Positions 24,288 through 34,222 are shown, numbered from the stretch's first letter. The stretch: 53,337 nt of DNA from Candidatus Rifleibacteriota bacterium (GCA_905236865.1 CAJOQX010000173.1:1-53337); one strand, 5' to 3'. Program-made: numbers and translations. Notes: generated by a model from the sequence alone, not told the origin.

Positions 24288-26162
24288 ATGCTTCTCGAAC
24301 GAATCAACGAACCCAAAGATTTAAAAAAGCTCACAGTTAACGAGCTAGAAGCGTTAAGCAAGGAAATTCGCGAACGCATAATTGAAGTTGTTTCAAAAAA
24401 TGGTGGTCATCTTGCTAGTAATCTTGGGGTTGTTGAACTTACTCTCGCAATACATAGAGTTTTTGATTCTCCAAACGATCAAATTGTTTGGGATGTTGGT
24501 CATCAAAGTTATACTCATAAACTTATTACAGGTAGACAGAAAGACTTTGATACTCTTCGTAAATTTAACGGTTTAAGTGGTTTCCCAAAAATTACAGAAA
24601 GCGAGCATGATGCTTTCAATACTGGTCATAGTTCTACTTCTATTTCTATAGCACAAGGTCTTGTATTGGCAAAAGAACAACTACAATTACCAGGCAAGAC
24701 TATAGCGGTTATCGGTGATGGAGCCATGACAGGTGGAATGTCATTTGAAGCTTTAAATTATATTGGACATTTAAAAAATAATGTTGTTGTAATTTTGAAC
24801 GATAACGAAATGTCTATTTCTCCTAATGTTGGTGCTATGGCGATGTATTTGCACAAACTTAGATTGGAACCTGCCTATACAACGCCTAAAGATTATTTAT
24901 CAAAGGTTTTAAAAAATATTCCAGGATTCGGAACAAGACTATATAATGTTTTAAGCCGTATAGAAGGAAGTTTCAAATATTTGCTTACGCCTGGAATGTT
25001 ATTTGAAGAACTTGGGTTTAAATATATTGGTCCAATAGATGGTTATAATTTTGAAGTTATGGAAAAAGCACTGGTAAGGGCAAGAGATCGACAAGGACCA
25101 ATACTTGTTCATGTTCTTACTCAAAAAGGCAGAGGTTACAAGCCTGCTCAAGAACATAGCAATAAATTTCATGGAATAGGTCCTTTCGAGATAGAGACAG
25201 GGCATACTAAAAAATCCGTTGATTCTCCGCCTACTTATACAGAAATTTTTGGAAACACTCTTTGTAAACTTGCTAATAATAATAAAAAAATAATTGCTAT
25301 TACAGCAGCTATGAAAGAGGGAACAGGTCTTACCAAGTTTTCCAATGAATTTTCCTCTAGGTTTTATGATGTGGGGATAGCTGAACAACACGCTGTAACT
25401 TTAGCTGCTGCTCTTGCAAAATCTGGTTTAAAGCCTTTCGTTGCTATTTATTCTACTTTTCTGCAAAGAGCTTATGATCAAATTGTTCATGATGTAGCTC
25501 TAACCAATCAGCCAGTTGTTTTTTGTCTAGATAGGGCAGGGCTTGTAGGAGATGACGGTCCGACTCACCACGGTTGTTTAGATATTTCATACATGAGATC
25601 TATTCCTAATATTCAGGTGATGGCTCCTAGGGATGAAGTTGAATTGGCTTTGATGATTGAGTATGCTTCTAAGCAAAACACACCTGTTTCAATTAGATAT
25701 CCTAGAGGCTATGCTACAGGAACAAATGACGAAGCTTCCTCGAGAAAACCTATAGAAAAGGGAAAATCAGAATTAATAAAAGATGGAAAAGATTTAATGA
25801 TTATTCCTTTAGGTAATTCTTATTCGGATAGTATTAAGATAGCTGAAGAATTAGAAAAAACAAAAAAAATAACTGTTAAAATAGTAAATCCTAGATTTGT
25901 TAAACCTTTTGACGAAAGTTTATTATCTGAAATAATTGATTCTAATATACCTATAGTTTCTATGGAAGATAATGTTTTGCAGGGCGGTTTTGGAAGTATG
26001 ATTGCAGAACAGTTAATGGATAGACAGGCTTCAAATAGACTTCTTAGAATAGGATTGCCAGATTCTTTTGTTCAGCATGGCAGTATAAAAGAATTAAAAA
26101 CAATGTTGGGCATAGACCCACAAAGTGTTGTAAATAAAATTATAAATTGGCTAAAACTCTGA
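24288..26162 (+). CDS. dxs: 1-deoxy-D-xylulose-5-phosphate synthase
   Basis: 624 aa with GHQSYTHKLITGR, GDGAMTGGMSFEALN (ThDP motif) and IAEQHAVT. The ATG directly abuts the stop of the DUF1858 gene. Confidence 0.96.
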   Translation: MLLERINEPKDLKKLTVNELEALSKEIRERIIEVVSKNGGHLASNLGVVELTLAIHRVFDSPNDQIVWDVGHQSYTHKLITGRQKDFDTLRKFNGLSGFPKITESEHDAFNTGHSSTSISIAQGLVLAKEQLQLPGKTIAVIGDGAMTGGMSFEALNYIGHLKNNVVVILNDNEMSISPNVGAMAMYLHKLRLEPAYTTPKDYLSKVLKNIPGFGTRLYNVLSRIEGSFKYLLTPGMLFEELGFKYIGPIDGYNFEVMEKALVRARDRQGPILVHVLTQKGRGYKPAQEHSNKFHGIGPFEIETGHTKKSVDSPPTYTEIFGNTLCKLANNNKKIIAITAAMKEGTGLTKFSNEFSSRFYDVGIAEQHAVTLAAALAKSGLKPFVAIYSTFLQRAYDQIVHDVALTNQPVVFCLDRAGLVGDDGPTHHGCLDISYMRSIPNIQVMAPRDEVELALMIEYASKQNTPVSIRYPRGYATGTNDEASSRKPIEKGKSELIKDGKDLMIIPLGNSYSDSIKIAEELEKTKKITVKIVNPRFVKPFDESLLSEIIDSNIPIVSMEDNVLQGGFGSMIAEQLMDRQASNRLLRIGLPDSFVQHGSIKELKTMLGIDPQSVVNKIINWLKL

Positions 26163-26186
26163 ATTTATATGTTCGTGAAATTAAAT

Positions 26187-26215
26187 TTGACGATACTCAC
26201 GAAAGTAATTATAAT
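26187..26215 (+). promoter_or_regulatory. sigma70-type promoter upstream of mutL (TTGACG-17 nt-TATAAT)
   Basis: -35 TTGACG at 26187..26192, exactly 17-nt spacer, perfect -10 TATAAT at 26210..26215. It would give a leader of about 140 nt before the mutL ATG at 26360. Confidence 0.45.
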
Positions 26216-26359
26216 ATAAATGATTAACGGCTATTTATTTTATCATAAATTTACCTTTGATTAGCTGTTATTAATCCCATTTTAATTTTTGTTTTATTGT
26301 AGTTGGTATTTGTTGTTTTTATTTTAAAGGGTGGTATTATAAACAAGAAAGGGAAAAGT

Positions 26360-28294
26360 ATGGCGACTGAAAAGATAAAAATATTAGATGGCGAAGTAAT
26401 CAATCGTATTGCGGCTGGTGAAGTCGTAGAACGACCTGCTTCGGTCGTCAAAGAACTTATAGAAAATGCTATAGACGCAGGTGCGACAAAAATAGAAGTA
26501 GAAATAAAAGAAGGTGGTCAGAAGTCCATCGAAATCACAGACAATGGAGAAGGAATGACTCCAAACGATGCTCTTTTAGCTTTTATGCCTCATGCTACAA
26601 GTAAAATTTCAAACGATGAGGATTTGGAAACAATAACTACTCTTGGTTTTAGAGGTGAAGCACTTCCTACAATATCTGCGGTTTCTCATGTTACTTTATC
26701 CACACACTGTGAAGGAGAGCCCACTGGCTGTAGAATTACCTTAGATGGTGGTAAGATTAGAGGACCAGAACCAGAAGCTTACCCTAAAGGAACACGCATT
26801 ATTGTTAAAAATCTTTTCTATAATACTCCTGCAAGAAGAAAATTTCTTAAAAGCCCAGCTTCTGAAATGGCTCAAATTTCTGATATAGTATGCCACTATA
26901 TAATGGGATACCCAGAAATAGCTTTCAAATTCACTAAAAGCAATATAAAAATAACTTCTTCAAATGGCTCTGGCAACTTGTTAGATGCTGTGTTGGCTGT
27001 TTATGGTCCAGAAGTAACCAAGAATCTTCTTCCATTAAAAGAACCTGCTTCTTTGGCTAGTAGTGGAATGTCTCTCAGAGGTTTCATCTCTCCACCCAAT
27101 CAGGCAAGACCATCGTCACGTTATACTACAACTCTTGTAAATAGACGTGTAGTTAAAACTAAACTGTTGAATCAAGCTATTAGCAGGGCTTGTTCTGCAT
27201 TTTTCCCTAAAGGTAAATTTCCTGTTTTGATATTAGATTTGAGAGTTCCACCAGAACTAATCGATGTTAACGTTCATCCTCAAAAAACAGAGATTCGTTT
27301 TAAAGATGAACGTTGGGTTTTTGCTATTATTTGGGAAGCAATACAGACAAGTCTTTCGGGGTTGAAGATGGTTTCTGCTTCAACGCAACAGACTTCCACA
27401 CAAACATCAATAGATTTTCAACCAGAATTAGATCCTACTATCGAAACAAAAACGATTGAATTGCCAGAAGATGGTAATCTTTCTATGTTTACTCCTGCTC
27501 CAGAGTTTAAATTGCCAGATTCTTACAGAACCATGCCTTCAGGAGTAACTCTTTCTGATAACCAATCTTTTTCTCAAAATCAGACCATAAATTCAAATAA
27601 TTCTAATTATGCAAATAGAGTTTTTGATTTAAACGAAAGTGCAACAGAAACATTTAGCACAACTAGACCTCTTTTGCAGGGGCAATCTTATAGTGCTTTT
27701 ACACCTGTTGTAAAACTTTCTAATCCAAAAATACTAGCACAACTCAAAAATACATACCTTTTAGGTGAAGATGATGAAGGTCTTTTTATTGTAGATCAAC
27801 ACGTTGCACATGAAAGAGTGCTTTTTGATCAACTTGTAAGAACATATAAAGACAAGGCTATTACAGCCCAACCTTTATTGTTTCCTGTTCCGTTAAAATT
27901 ATTACCATCAGAACGACTTATAATAAAAGAGCAACTAGATCAAATTAAAAATCTAGGTTTTTCTGTTGAACAAGAAGAAGACGGTCTTTTCTATGTTACT
28001 TCTGTTCCTGTATCAGATAAGAAAACCAACGATAACCAAAGTATTCAAAATTTGCTTTCAGAAATACTAAACGGTTGGGAAGGGCGTTCTATGGCTGAAA
28101 TAAAAACAGACCTATTAAAAACTATGGCTTGTAAAGCTGCAATTAAAGCTGGAGACCCTTTAACAGCTCCAGAATGGAACTCTTTGCTTGAACAGCTTTT
28201 AAGAACTGATAACCCCTTTACCTGTCCTCATGGTCGCCCAATAGTATTACGTCTTACTACAAGACAAATAGAAGTAGGTTTTCTAAGAGCGTAG
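26360..28294 (+). CDS. mutL: DNA mismatch repair protein MutL (endonuclease-type)
   Basis: I prefer the ATG at 26360 (MATEKIKILDGEVINRIAAGEVVERPASVVKELIENAIDAGA), preceded by AAGAAAGGGA. The track's upstream extension is hydrophobic and unlike MutL. The C-terminus has DQHVAHERVLF (DQHAxxExxxxE endonuclease motif) and CPHGRP. Confidence 0.95.
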   Translation: MATEKIKILDGEVINRIAAGEVVERPASVVKELIENAIDAGATKIEVEIKEGGQKSIEITDNGEGMTPNDALLAFMPHATSKISNDEDLETITTLGFRGEALPTISAVSHVTLSTHCEGEPTGCRITLDGGKIRGPEPEAYPKGTRIIVKNLFYNTPARRKFLKSPASEMAQISDIVCHYIMGYPEIAFKFTKSNIKITSSNGSGNLLDAVLAVYGPEVTKNLLPLKEPASLASSGMSLRGFISPPNQARPSSRYTTTLVNRRVVKTKLLNQAISRACSAFFPKGKFPVLILDLRVPPELIDVNVHPQKTEIRFKDERWVFAIIWEAIQTSLSGLKMVSASTQQTSTQTSIDFQPELDPTIETKTIELPEDGNLSMFTPAPEFKLPDSYRTMPSGVTLSDNQSFSQNQTINSNNSNYANRVFDLNESATETFSTTRPLLQGQSYSAFTPVVKLSNPKILAQLKNTYLLGEDDEGLFIVDQHVAHERVLFDQLVRTYKDKAITAQPLLFPVPLKLLPSERLIIKEQLDQIKNLGFSVEQEEDGLFYVTSVPVSDKKTNDNQSIQNLLSEILNGWEGRSMAEIKTDLLKTMACKAAIKAGDPLTAPEWNSLLEQLLRTDNPFTCPHGRPIVLRLTTRQIEVGFLRA

Positions 28295-28295
28295 A

Positions 28296-29219
28296 ATGGA
28301 TAAAAAGAATAATAAAAAGCTAGTATTGGCGATTCTTGGACCTACTGCTTCTGGTAAAACCTCCATTGCTTTAGAATTGGCAAAGAAGTATGGGGGAATA
28401 ATAATAAATTGCGATTCTCGTCAAATCTATAAAGATATGCTTATTGGAACCGCTTCTCCGACTCAAAAAGAGAAAGAGATGGTTGAGCATAAGTTATTTA
28501 ATTTTGTTTCTCCTACAATACAGTTTAATGCCTCTGATTATGCAATATTAGCTGTTGAAGAAATAAAAAGAGCTTGGGCAAATAATTGTCTACCAATTTT
28601 AGTTGGTGGTACAGGTTTTTATTATTCTTCAATATCTGAGGGTTTGGGTGAAGCGGGCAGTAATTCAGAATTAGCTAGTTTTCTTCAGAAAGAATTAGAA
28701 GAAAAGGGCTTGTCTTATATGGTAGATAAATTATATAAGCTTGACCCTGAAGCTGTTCAAACTATAGATACAAATAACTCTCGCAGGGTTTTAAGAGCAA
28801 TTGAGATTGTTACGACAACTCAAAAACCTTTTTCTCAAAATAAACCAAAATCCTTATTGCCAGAAGCAGAATTTTATCCAATTGTAGTAACAAGACCAAG
28901 AGAGATTCTTCATAGAAGAATAGAATTAAGAATTAATCAAATGTTTGATGAAGACTTAGAATCAGAAATAAAGTACATTATAGACAATTATGGCAAAAAT
29001 GCTGCTGGTTTAAACTCTATAGGCTATCGAGAGTGGTTGGATTATTTTGATAGACAGATTAGCTATAATGAGCTTAAAGAGCTAATTTTGATTCATTCAA
29101 GGCAGTATGCTAAACGTCAAGAAACCTGGTTTAGAAAAAAGCCAGGTGTTCCTTTTGTGAATTTAGACGAAAAAGAGCCTTTAGAAATGATTAAACAAAA
29201 ATTAACTATTTTATTATAA
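28296..29219 (+). CDS. miaA: tRNA dimethylallyltransferase MiaA
   Basis: GPTASGKTSIA P-loop, CDSRQIYKDMLIGTA and GGTGFYY motifs. Confidence 0.94.
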   Translation: MDKKNNKKLVLAILGPTASGKTSIALELAKKYGGIIINCDSRQIYKDMLIGTASPTQKEKEMVEHKLFNFVSPTIQFNASDYAILAVEEIKRAWANNCLPILVGGTGFYYSSISEGLGEAGSNSELASFLQKELEEKGLSYMVDKLYKLDPEAVQTIDTNNSRRVLRAIEIVTTTQKPFSQNKPKSLLPEAEFYPIVVTRPREILHRRIELRINQMFDEDLESEIKYIIDNYGKNAAGLNSIGYREWLDYFDRQISYNELKELILIHSRQYAKRQETWFRKKPGVPFVNLDEKEPLEMIKQKLTILL

Positions 29220-29265
29220 AAAAGCGTATAATATAAATCATATTTTATGATAACAAGAGGAATTT

Positions 29266-30495
29266 ATGTCTGAAAATCTTGTGGCTGAAATTATCAGTGT
29301 AGGAACAGAACTTCTATTGGGTGAAATTGTAGATACAAATGCTACTTTTTTAAGCACTAGACTTAGAGATTTAGGTATTACAGTTTATAGAAAATCTACC
29401 GTTGGAGATAATTTAGAACGGCTCGTAGAAACCATAAAGAATGCATTGACCAGATCTGATATTGCTATACTAGGTGGCGGTCTTGGACCTACTGATGATG
29501 ATATGACAAGAGAAGCTATAGCAAAATATGTTGGAGAAGAGCCTTATATAGATTCAAAATTATACGAAGAATTAAAGGAAAAATTTGCTCTTAGAAAACG
29601 ACCAATGCCAGCTAATAATGCAAAACAGGCTTGGCTTATTCCTAGTGCTGTTACATTGCCTAATCCGATAGGAACGGCGCCAGGCTGGTTTGTTAAGACA
29701 AAAGATGGCAAAATTATTATTACTTTGCCTGGTCCACCACAAGAAATGACAAGAATGTGGATAGAAGAAGTAGAAGATAAATTACCAGTGAGTAACAAAT
29801 GTCTTTTCCATAAAATAATACATACAATAGGTCTTGGAGAATCATTCTTAACCGAAAAAATAGCAAAATATACAAATTTGGCTGTTCCAGGAGTTGGAAC
29901 TTATGCAAGAGGAGTGGGGGTAGACATTAGAGTTGCGGCTGTAAGCAACAATATTGAAGAAGCAAAACAAATAGTAGAACCAGTAGTTAAAGATATTTGT
30001 GATATTCTTACAGGATATGTTTTTGGATTTGATGATGATACGATTGTTTCTGTAATAAAAAAAGTATTAGATGAGAAAAAACAAAGTTTTTGCTGTATTG
30101 AGTCTTTAACAGGTGGAATGTTAGCGTCTCAAATTACTTCTTGTGAAGGAATAAGCAGTTGTTTCAAAGGTTCTATTACCTCTTATTCTAATGAAATAAA
30201 AGAGTTAGTAGGGGTAAAACACGAAACTATCGAAACTTATGGAGCGGTATCAAAGGAAACTGCTATAGAAATGGCTGAAAATGCAAAAAAAATGTTAAAA
30301 ACTGATTGGGCAATTTCTACTACAGGAGTTGCTGGACCAGCCCCTTTAGAAGGAAAACGTCCTGGTACAGCTTGGATTGCATTAGTTGGTCCGAATGTGA
30401 TTGCTACTGATTTTGTGGACTGGCCAGGGAGCAGAGAAATGGTTAGACAAAGGGTTTGTAAGACTGCCCTAAATTTGATTTTCAAGAATATATAG
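29266..30495 (+). CDS. cinA: CinA-family protein (MoCF-binding domain plus nicotinamide-nucleotide amidohydrolase PncC domain)
   Basis: N-terminus AEIISVGTELLLGEIVDTNA...GGLGPTDDDMTREA. C-terminal domain ESLTGGMLA...TGVAGP. Confidence 0.92.
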   Translation: MSENLVAEIISVGTELLLGEIVDTNATFLSTRLRDLGITVYRKSTVGDNLERLVETIKNALTRSDIAILGGGLGPTDDDMTREAIAKYVGEEPYIDSKLYEELKEKFALRKRPMPANNAKQAWLIPSAVTLPNPIGTAPGWFVKTKDGKIIITLPGPPQEMTRMWIEEVEDKLPVSNKCLFHKIIHTIGLGESFLTEKIAKYTNLAVPGVGTYARGVGVDIRVAAVSNNIEEAKQIVEPVVKDICDILTGYVFGFDDDTIVSVIKKVLDEKKQSFCCIESLTGGMLASQITSCEGISSCFKGSITSYSNEIKELVGVKHETIETYGAVSKETAIEMAENAKKMLKTDWAISTTGVAGPAPLEGKRPGTAWIALVGPNVIATDFVDWPGSREMVRQRVCKTALNLIFKNI

Positions 30496-30534
30496 TTTAT
30501 AAAAGAATATATTTTTATAGGAAGTATTGGTTTA

Positions 30535-31446
30535 ATGGTTATAAAATTTATTGCAAAAATTCTAGTTATTACATTTATTGTTACCTCTTTTAATATTGCT
30601 TTTGCACAAGAAAAAGCTCAAAGCGATGGTGTTATAGATAAAAATAATCAAATGATGAGTGTGTTTGTTGAACGTTTGAGAAGTGGAAATGTTGAAGAAG
30701 CTAGAAAAATAGCTAAGGATATGGCTGCATTTTCAAGTAAATATAAAGACGACAACACTACTGAATACAAGAATTTTTATTCTAATATTGAAAAAGAGCT
30801 TTATTTACTTAAAAATAAAGATAACAAAAAGAAAGTTGTTTGGGTTGAAGAACCTATTGCTGACGGATACTATTTCCTTGCTGTATTAGATTTTCAAGAT
30901 AAGCATTATAAAGATGCTATAAATAATATTCAAAAATGCATTTCTTGGAATCCAGTTCATTCAGGTTATTATTGTGAACGAGGTTTTATCTTTATGAATT
31001 CTGGAATTGATGCTGATATAATAAAAGCACAGGTAGCTTATGAATCAGCTTTAGAATATGCTAACAATGAAGAAGATTTTGCTTCAGCTCTTAGAGGATT
31101 AGCTTTTGTATTAGCAGGTAGGGGAGAATTTGAAGATTCTGCTGCGGCTATGATTCTTTCAAAGGAATATGATTCAAGTAGACCAGATGCAGATGAACAT
31201 CTTTTATATTTAAAAAGACTTATACCAAGTTTTGATTTCAATATTGATTCAACAAAAGCAAAGAAAATACTTGCTGATAGTAAATTTCAAACAACTTACT
31301 CACCAGAGCATGCTAAAATTCTAATGAAGCTAGCTTCTGAGCTAAAAGATAAAGATAGGGCTATAATTTTTCTTAGTCGAGCTCAGATGCTAGAACCAAA
31401 TAATGCAGAAATTAGAAAAAAATTAAAAGAGTTACAAGGGAAATAA
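30535..31446 (+). CDS. secreted TPR-like repeat protein (hypothetical)
   Basis: Signal-like N-terminus ILVITFIVTSFNIAFA. Helical repeats with TPR-like A/Y/L spacing (e.g. YYFLAVLDFQDKHYKDAINNIQKCISWNP). No enzymatic motif. Confidence 0.55.
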   Translation: MVIKFIAKILVITFIVTSFNIAFAQEKAQSDGVIDKNNQMMSVFVERLRSGNVEEARKIAKDMAAFSSKYKDDNTTEYKNFYSNIEKELYLLKNKDNKKKVVWVEEPIADGYYFLAVLDFQDKHYKDAINNIQKCISWNPVHSGYYCERGFIFMNSGIDADIIKAQVAYESALEYANNEEDFASALRGLAFVLAGRGEFEDSAAAMILSKEYDSSRPDADEHLLYLKRLIPSFDFNIDSTKAKKILADSKFQTTYSPEHAKILMKLASELKDKDRAIIFLSRAQMLEPNNAEIRKKLKELQGK

Positions 31447-31449
31447 TAA

Positions 31450-33372
31450 TTACTCATCTTTTAGTTCGTCAAAGTTAAAGAGATTATTGTCATACTTCAT
31501 CATGGGTATCATCTCATCATTTTGACTATCTAAAGGATTAGAATCTAGTCTAAGCATTTCTATTTCTGGGTCACTTCCAGTAGATAAGTTGTCGTAGCTA
31601 AGTTGCATTTCCGCCTTATCATCGCTATCATTTGAAGCATATTCATCATCGACTCCGTAACTAGGTAAATCTTCATCTGTACTAGCTAAAATACTGCTTT
31701 TGCTAATATTCTCACCGCTATTTCCAAAGAAAAAGTCGTTTCCTAATTCTTCTTGAAGTATATTCATTTCAGAAGTCATAAATTCAGAACCTTTATTTTG
31801 AATGGAAGCAAAGTCGTTTTCACCGAAAAATTCAGGATCTTCAAAACCAGTCTTTGATGATGAATTGAAAGAATTATTTGTTAGGTTATTATTTGATTTT
31901 TTGTTTACAGCAAAGAATCCACTAGGAACATCAAAATTATCTGAATTAGAAGCAGCAAACGAATCATTAAACGAATCATTATTTGTAGTATTAGTATTAA
32001 TATTAGTAGAAGGTTTTATTAAAGGTTGGCTAGTTTTTGCTGAAACTATAGATGTTTTTCTTTCGCCTTTTCCGCCAAGTAAAAATAGTGGAAGTTTTTC
32101 TTCAGCGGCTGACTTTGCTTTTCGAGCGATATATTCGCTTCTTGATTCCATATTAACAACTGGTTGCAAATTCCCATTTGCTTTACCAGCTAGTTCCATT
32201 TCATTTCTCATTGCCCCCATATCTTCTTTTATTCTTACAAATAGACCACAGACTTGGTTTCTTGCATAAGTAGATATTTGAGTTTGAGCTTTTTCAGAAA
32301 AATCTTCTTTTTTATATTTCATACTTTCTGTACTTTTATCTATAAAAGCTGCAACGAGGTGGGTGAATTGTTGCGAAGAGTTTCTTACTTGGGAATCTCC
32401 GATTGAAATAGTGTTGTCTACACCTTTTACCGTATTCACAAGAGAATTTATCTGAACGAATATTTTTTCTCTAGATGGTTGTGGAAGATTTATTAATGGA
32501 AACTGTTTGATTGCAAAATGGTCAGAAAAGCGTAAAGTTTCTTTTATTGTTTGTTTTATACCGATAAGTCCAGAATCTATTTGCTCGCTACTGCTTTTGA
32601 CATTGAGAATCAAACCTTTGAATGACTCGCTATGAGAGCGTATATTGGTCATCAACTGCTTAGAAGCTTGGACAAACATATCTAATTCAGGCATATTGAG
32701 AGAAGGTATTATTTCATAACTTTCATAGGAAGCTCTAGCCATTTCTGCCATGCTTTCTAGACAAGCTAAGTATTTCTGGCTTGTTAAAAGTTGGGTGGCA
32801 TTTACAGATCTTACTTTATCTATAGTTTTATCTAGAGTTTCTAATGTTTGTTGACCAGGAGACATTATTATTTGCTTTAGGTCTTGCAAACCTTGTCCTA
32901 TTGCTGTATTTGATTTTAGTGTTTCACTTACAGACAAAGCAGAATTTTTTATATTTTGCAAATAAATTTGAGTGTCGATTACATATATTTTTTGAAGAAT
33001 ATCTCTGGCAGATGGGTCATTGTAGTTTGAGCTTATAGCACGGCAAATTTTTTCTAGTTTGGCTTTTGATTGTCCGAAATGACTTTGAGCAAATCTATAT
33101 GCATCTAAATTACTTCCGTTGATGTTTGCTTGTTTTAAGTTGTTTATTTTAACTTGATATACTTTTTGTGTGTTTTCTGTATTTACATTTGTATTGTTTT
33201 TAGAACTTCTATTTGAACCAAATAAAGCAGCATTTGATGGCATAGCAGAAATAACAGAAAAATAAGCTGATAATAAAGCTATTTTAAAGGCTGTTCCACC
33301 GCCCCAAAATAGTAACCTTTTATTAGATAAAGATGCATTTTTGAGATTTTTGCCAAATATTCTGTCAGACAT
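31450..33372 (-). CDS. hypothetical single-pass membrane/secreted protein with helical ectodomain, Asn/Ser-rich low-complexity region and acidic C-terminus
   Basis: I prefer the ATG at 33372 (MSDRIFGKNL...), with GGAGG 4 nt upstream. The track's start at 33477 would overlap the upstream gene. There is one hydrophobic segment (AFKIALLSAYFSVISAM), an NINTNTTNNDSFNDSF... region and an acidic tail. Confidence 0.6.
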   Translation of the reverse strand: MSDRIFGKNLKNASLSNKRLLFWGGGTAFKIALLSAYFSVISAMPSNAALFGSNRSSKNNTNVNTENTQKVYQVKINNLKQANINGSNLDAYRFAQSHFGQSKAKLEKICRAISSNYNDPSARDILQKIYVIDTQIYLQNIKNSALSVSETLKSNTAIGQGLQDLKQIIMSPGQQTLETLDKTIDKVRSVNATQLLTSQKYLACLESMAEMARASYESYEIIPSLNMPELDMFVQASKQLMTNIRSHSESFKGLILNVKSSSEQIDSGLIGIKQTIKETLRFSDHFAIKQFPLINLPQPSREKIFVQINSLVNTVKGVDNTISIGDSQVRNSSQQFTHLVAAFIDKSTESMKYKKEDFSEKAQTQISTYARNQVCGLFVRIKEDMGAMRNEMELAGKANGNLQPVVNMESRSEYIARKAKSAAEEKLPLFLLGGKGERKTSIVSAKTSQPLIKPSTNINTNTTNNDSFNDSFAASNSDNFDVPSGFFAVNKKSNNNLTNNSFNSSSKTGFEDPEFFGENDFASIQNKGSEFMTSEMNILQEELGNDFFFGNSGENISKSSILASTDEDLPSYGVDDEYASNDSDDKAEMQLSYDNLSTGSDPEIEMLRLDSNPLDSQNDEMIPMMKYDNNLFNFDELKDE

Positions 33373-33457
33373 ATTGCCTCCAAGCGAACACTCTTTTTTT
33401 GGAATATCGGCAATTTTCTCTATTTTATTAAGGTATTGATGTAAGACAAAACAATTA

Positions 33458-34222
33458 TTAGAATAATCTAAGACCAAATAAAGAATAAAGATTATGAATT
33501 AACTGCTTGGTTATTGGTGTTATCATTTCTCCAGCATACATAAAAACAAGAATAAAGATAATGATAGAATACTGTTGAGAGAACTGATAATATTTAGCTT
33601 TATATTGAACAGGTAGTAAATAATGAACAAGCCTAGAGCCGTCTAATGGCGGAATAGGTATTAGATTAAAAACAGCTAACATAATATTTATATAAGAAGT
33701 AAAAAAACAAACTGGACTAATAATTTTTACGATATTCACATCAAGTTGAAACATTATTATGAGTTTGCAGATTGATGCAGCTATTATAGCTAGTATTAAA
33801 TTGCACATTGGTCCTGCTAATGCTACAGAAACCATGGCTCTATCTGGTTTTTTGAAATAATTAGGATTAACAGGAACAGGATTAGCCCAACCAAAACCGC
33901 AAATTAAGAATAATAAAGTTCCCCATAAATCAAGATGTTTTAAGGGGTTTAGAGTTAATCTTCCGCTTTGGCGTGGAGTCGGATCACCAAGAAAATCAGC
34001 CATATATCCATGCGATAGTTCATGTAAGACCAATGAAACTATAAAAATAGGGTAAATAATAAGCTTTTGAGTTAAACCTTTGGTTATGTGACCAAATAAT
34101 GATAGTCCTATTAAAGCAATTAATACTATTCCTATGGTTGGTAAGTAAGTGATTACTTTATCTCTAATATTTTGTTTATTGTTGTTTGTTTTAAATTCAT
34201 ATATTCTGTATTGTTCTGGCAA
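33458..34222 (-). CDS. site-2 protease family zinc metalloprotease (peptidase M50)
   Basis: HELSHGYMA (HExxH) lies inside a TM segment, with NLIPIPPLDGSRL (the second M50 motif) and a multi-TM profile. It overlaps the upstream gene by 26 nt. Confidence 0.85.
   Translation of the reverse strand: MPEQYRIYEFKTNNNKQNIRDKVITYLPTIGIVLIALIGLSLFGHITKGLTQKLIIYPIFIVSLVLHELSHGYMADFLGDPTPRQSGRLTLNPLKHLDLWGTLLFLICGFGWANPVPVNPNYFKKPDRAMVSVALAGPMCNLILAIIAASICKLIIMFQLDVNIVKIISPVCFFTSYINIMLAVFNLIPIPPLDGSRLVHYLLPVQYKAKYYQFSQQYSIIIFILVFMYAGEMITPITKQLIHNLYSLFGLRLF

Noticed and set aside
26172-26202. Inverted repeat ttcgtga ... tcacgaa after dxs, considered as a terminator.
   Set aside because: It has a 7-bp AT-rich stem with a 17-nt loop and no U-tract, and it overlaps the predicted mutL promoter. 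It is probably fortuitous.
26303-26359. ORF-track extension of mutL (MVFVVFILKGGIINKKGKS).
   Set aside because: The start codon is non-ATG and the peptide is hydrophobic and unlike MutL. The ATG at 26360 gives the canonical MutL N-terminus and has a purine-rich SD.
33373-33477. ORF-track extension of the 640-aa gene (start at 33477).
   Set aside because: It overlaps the M50 gene end, while the ATG at 33372 has a perfect GGAGG SD.
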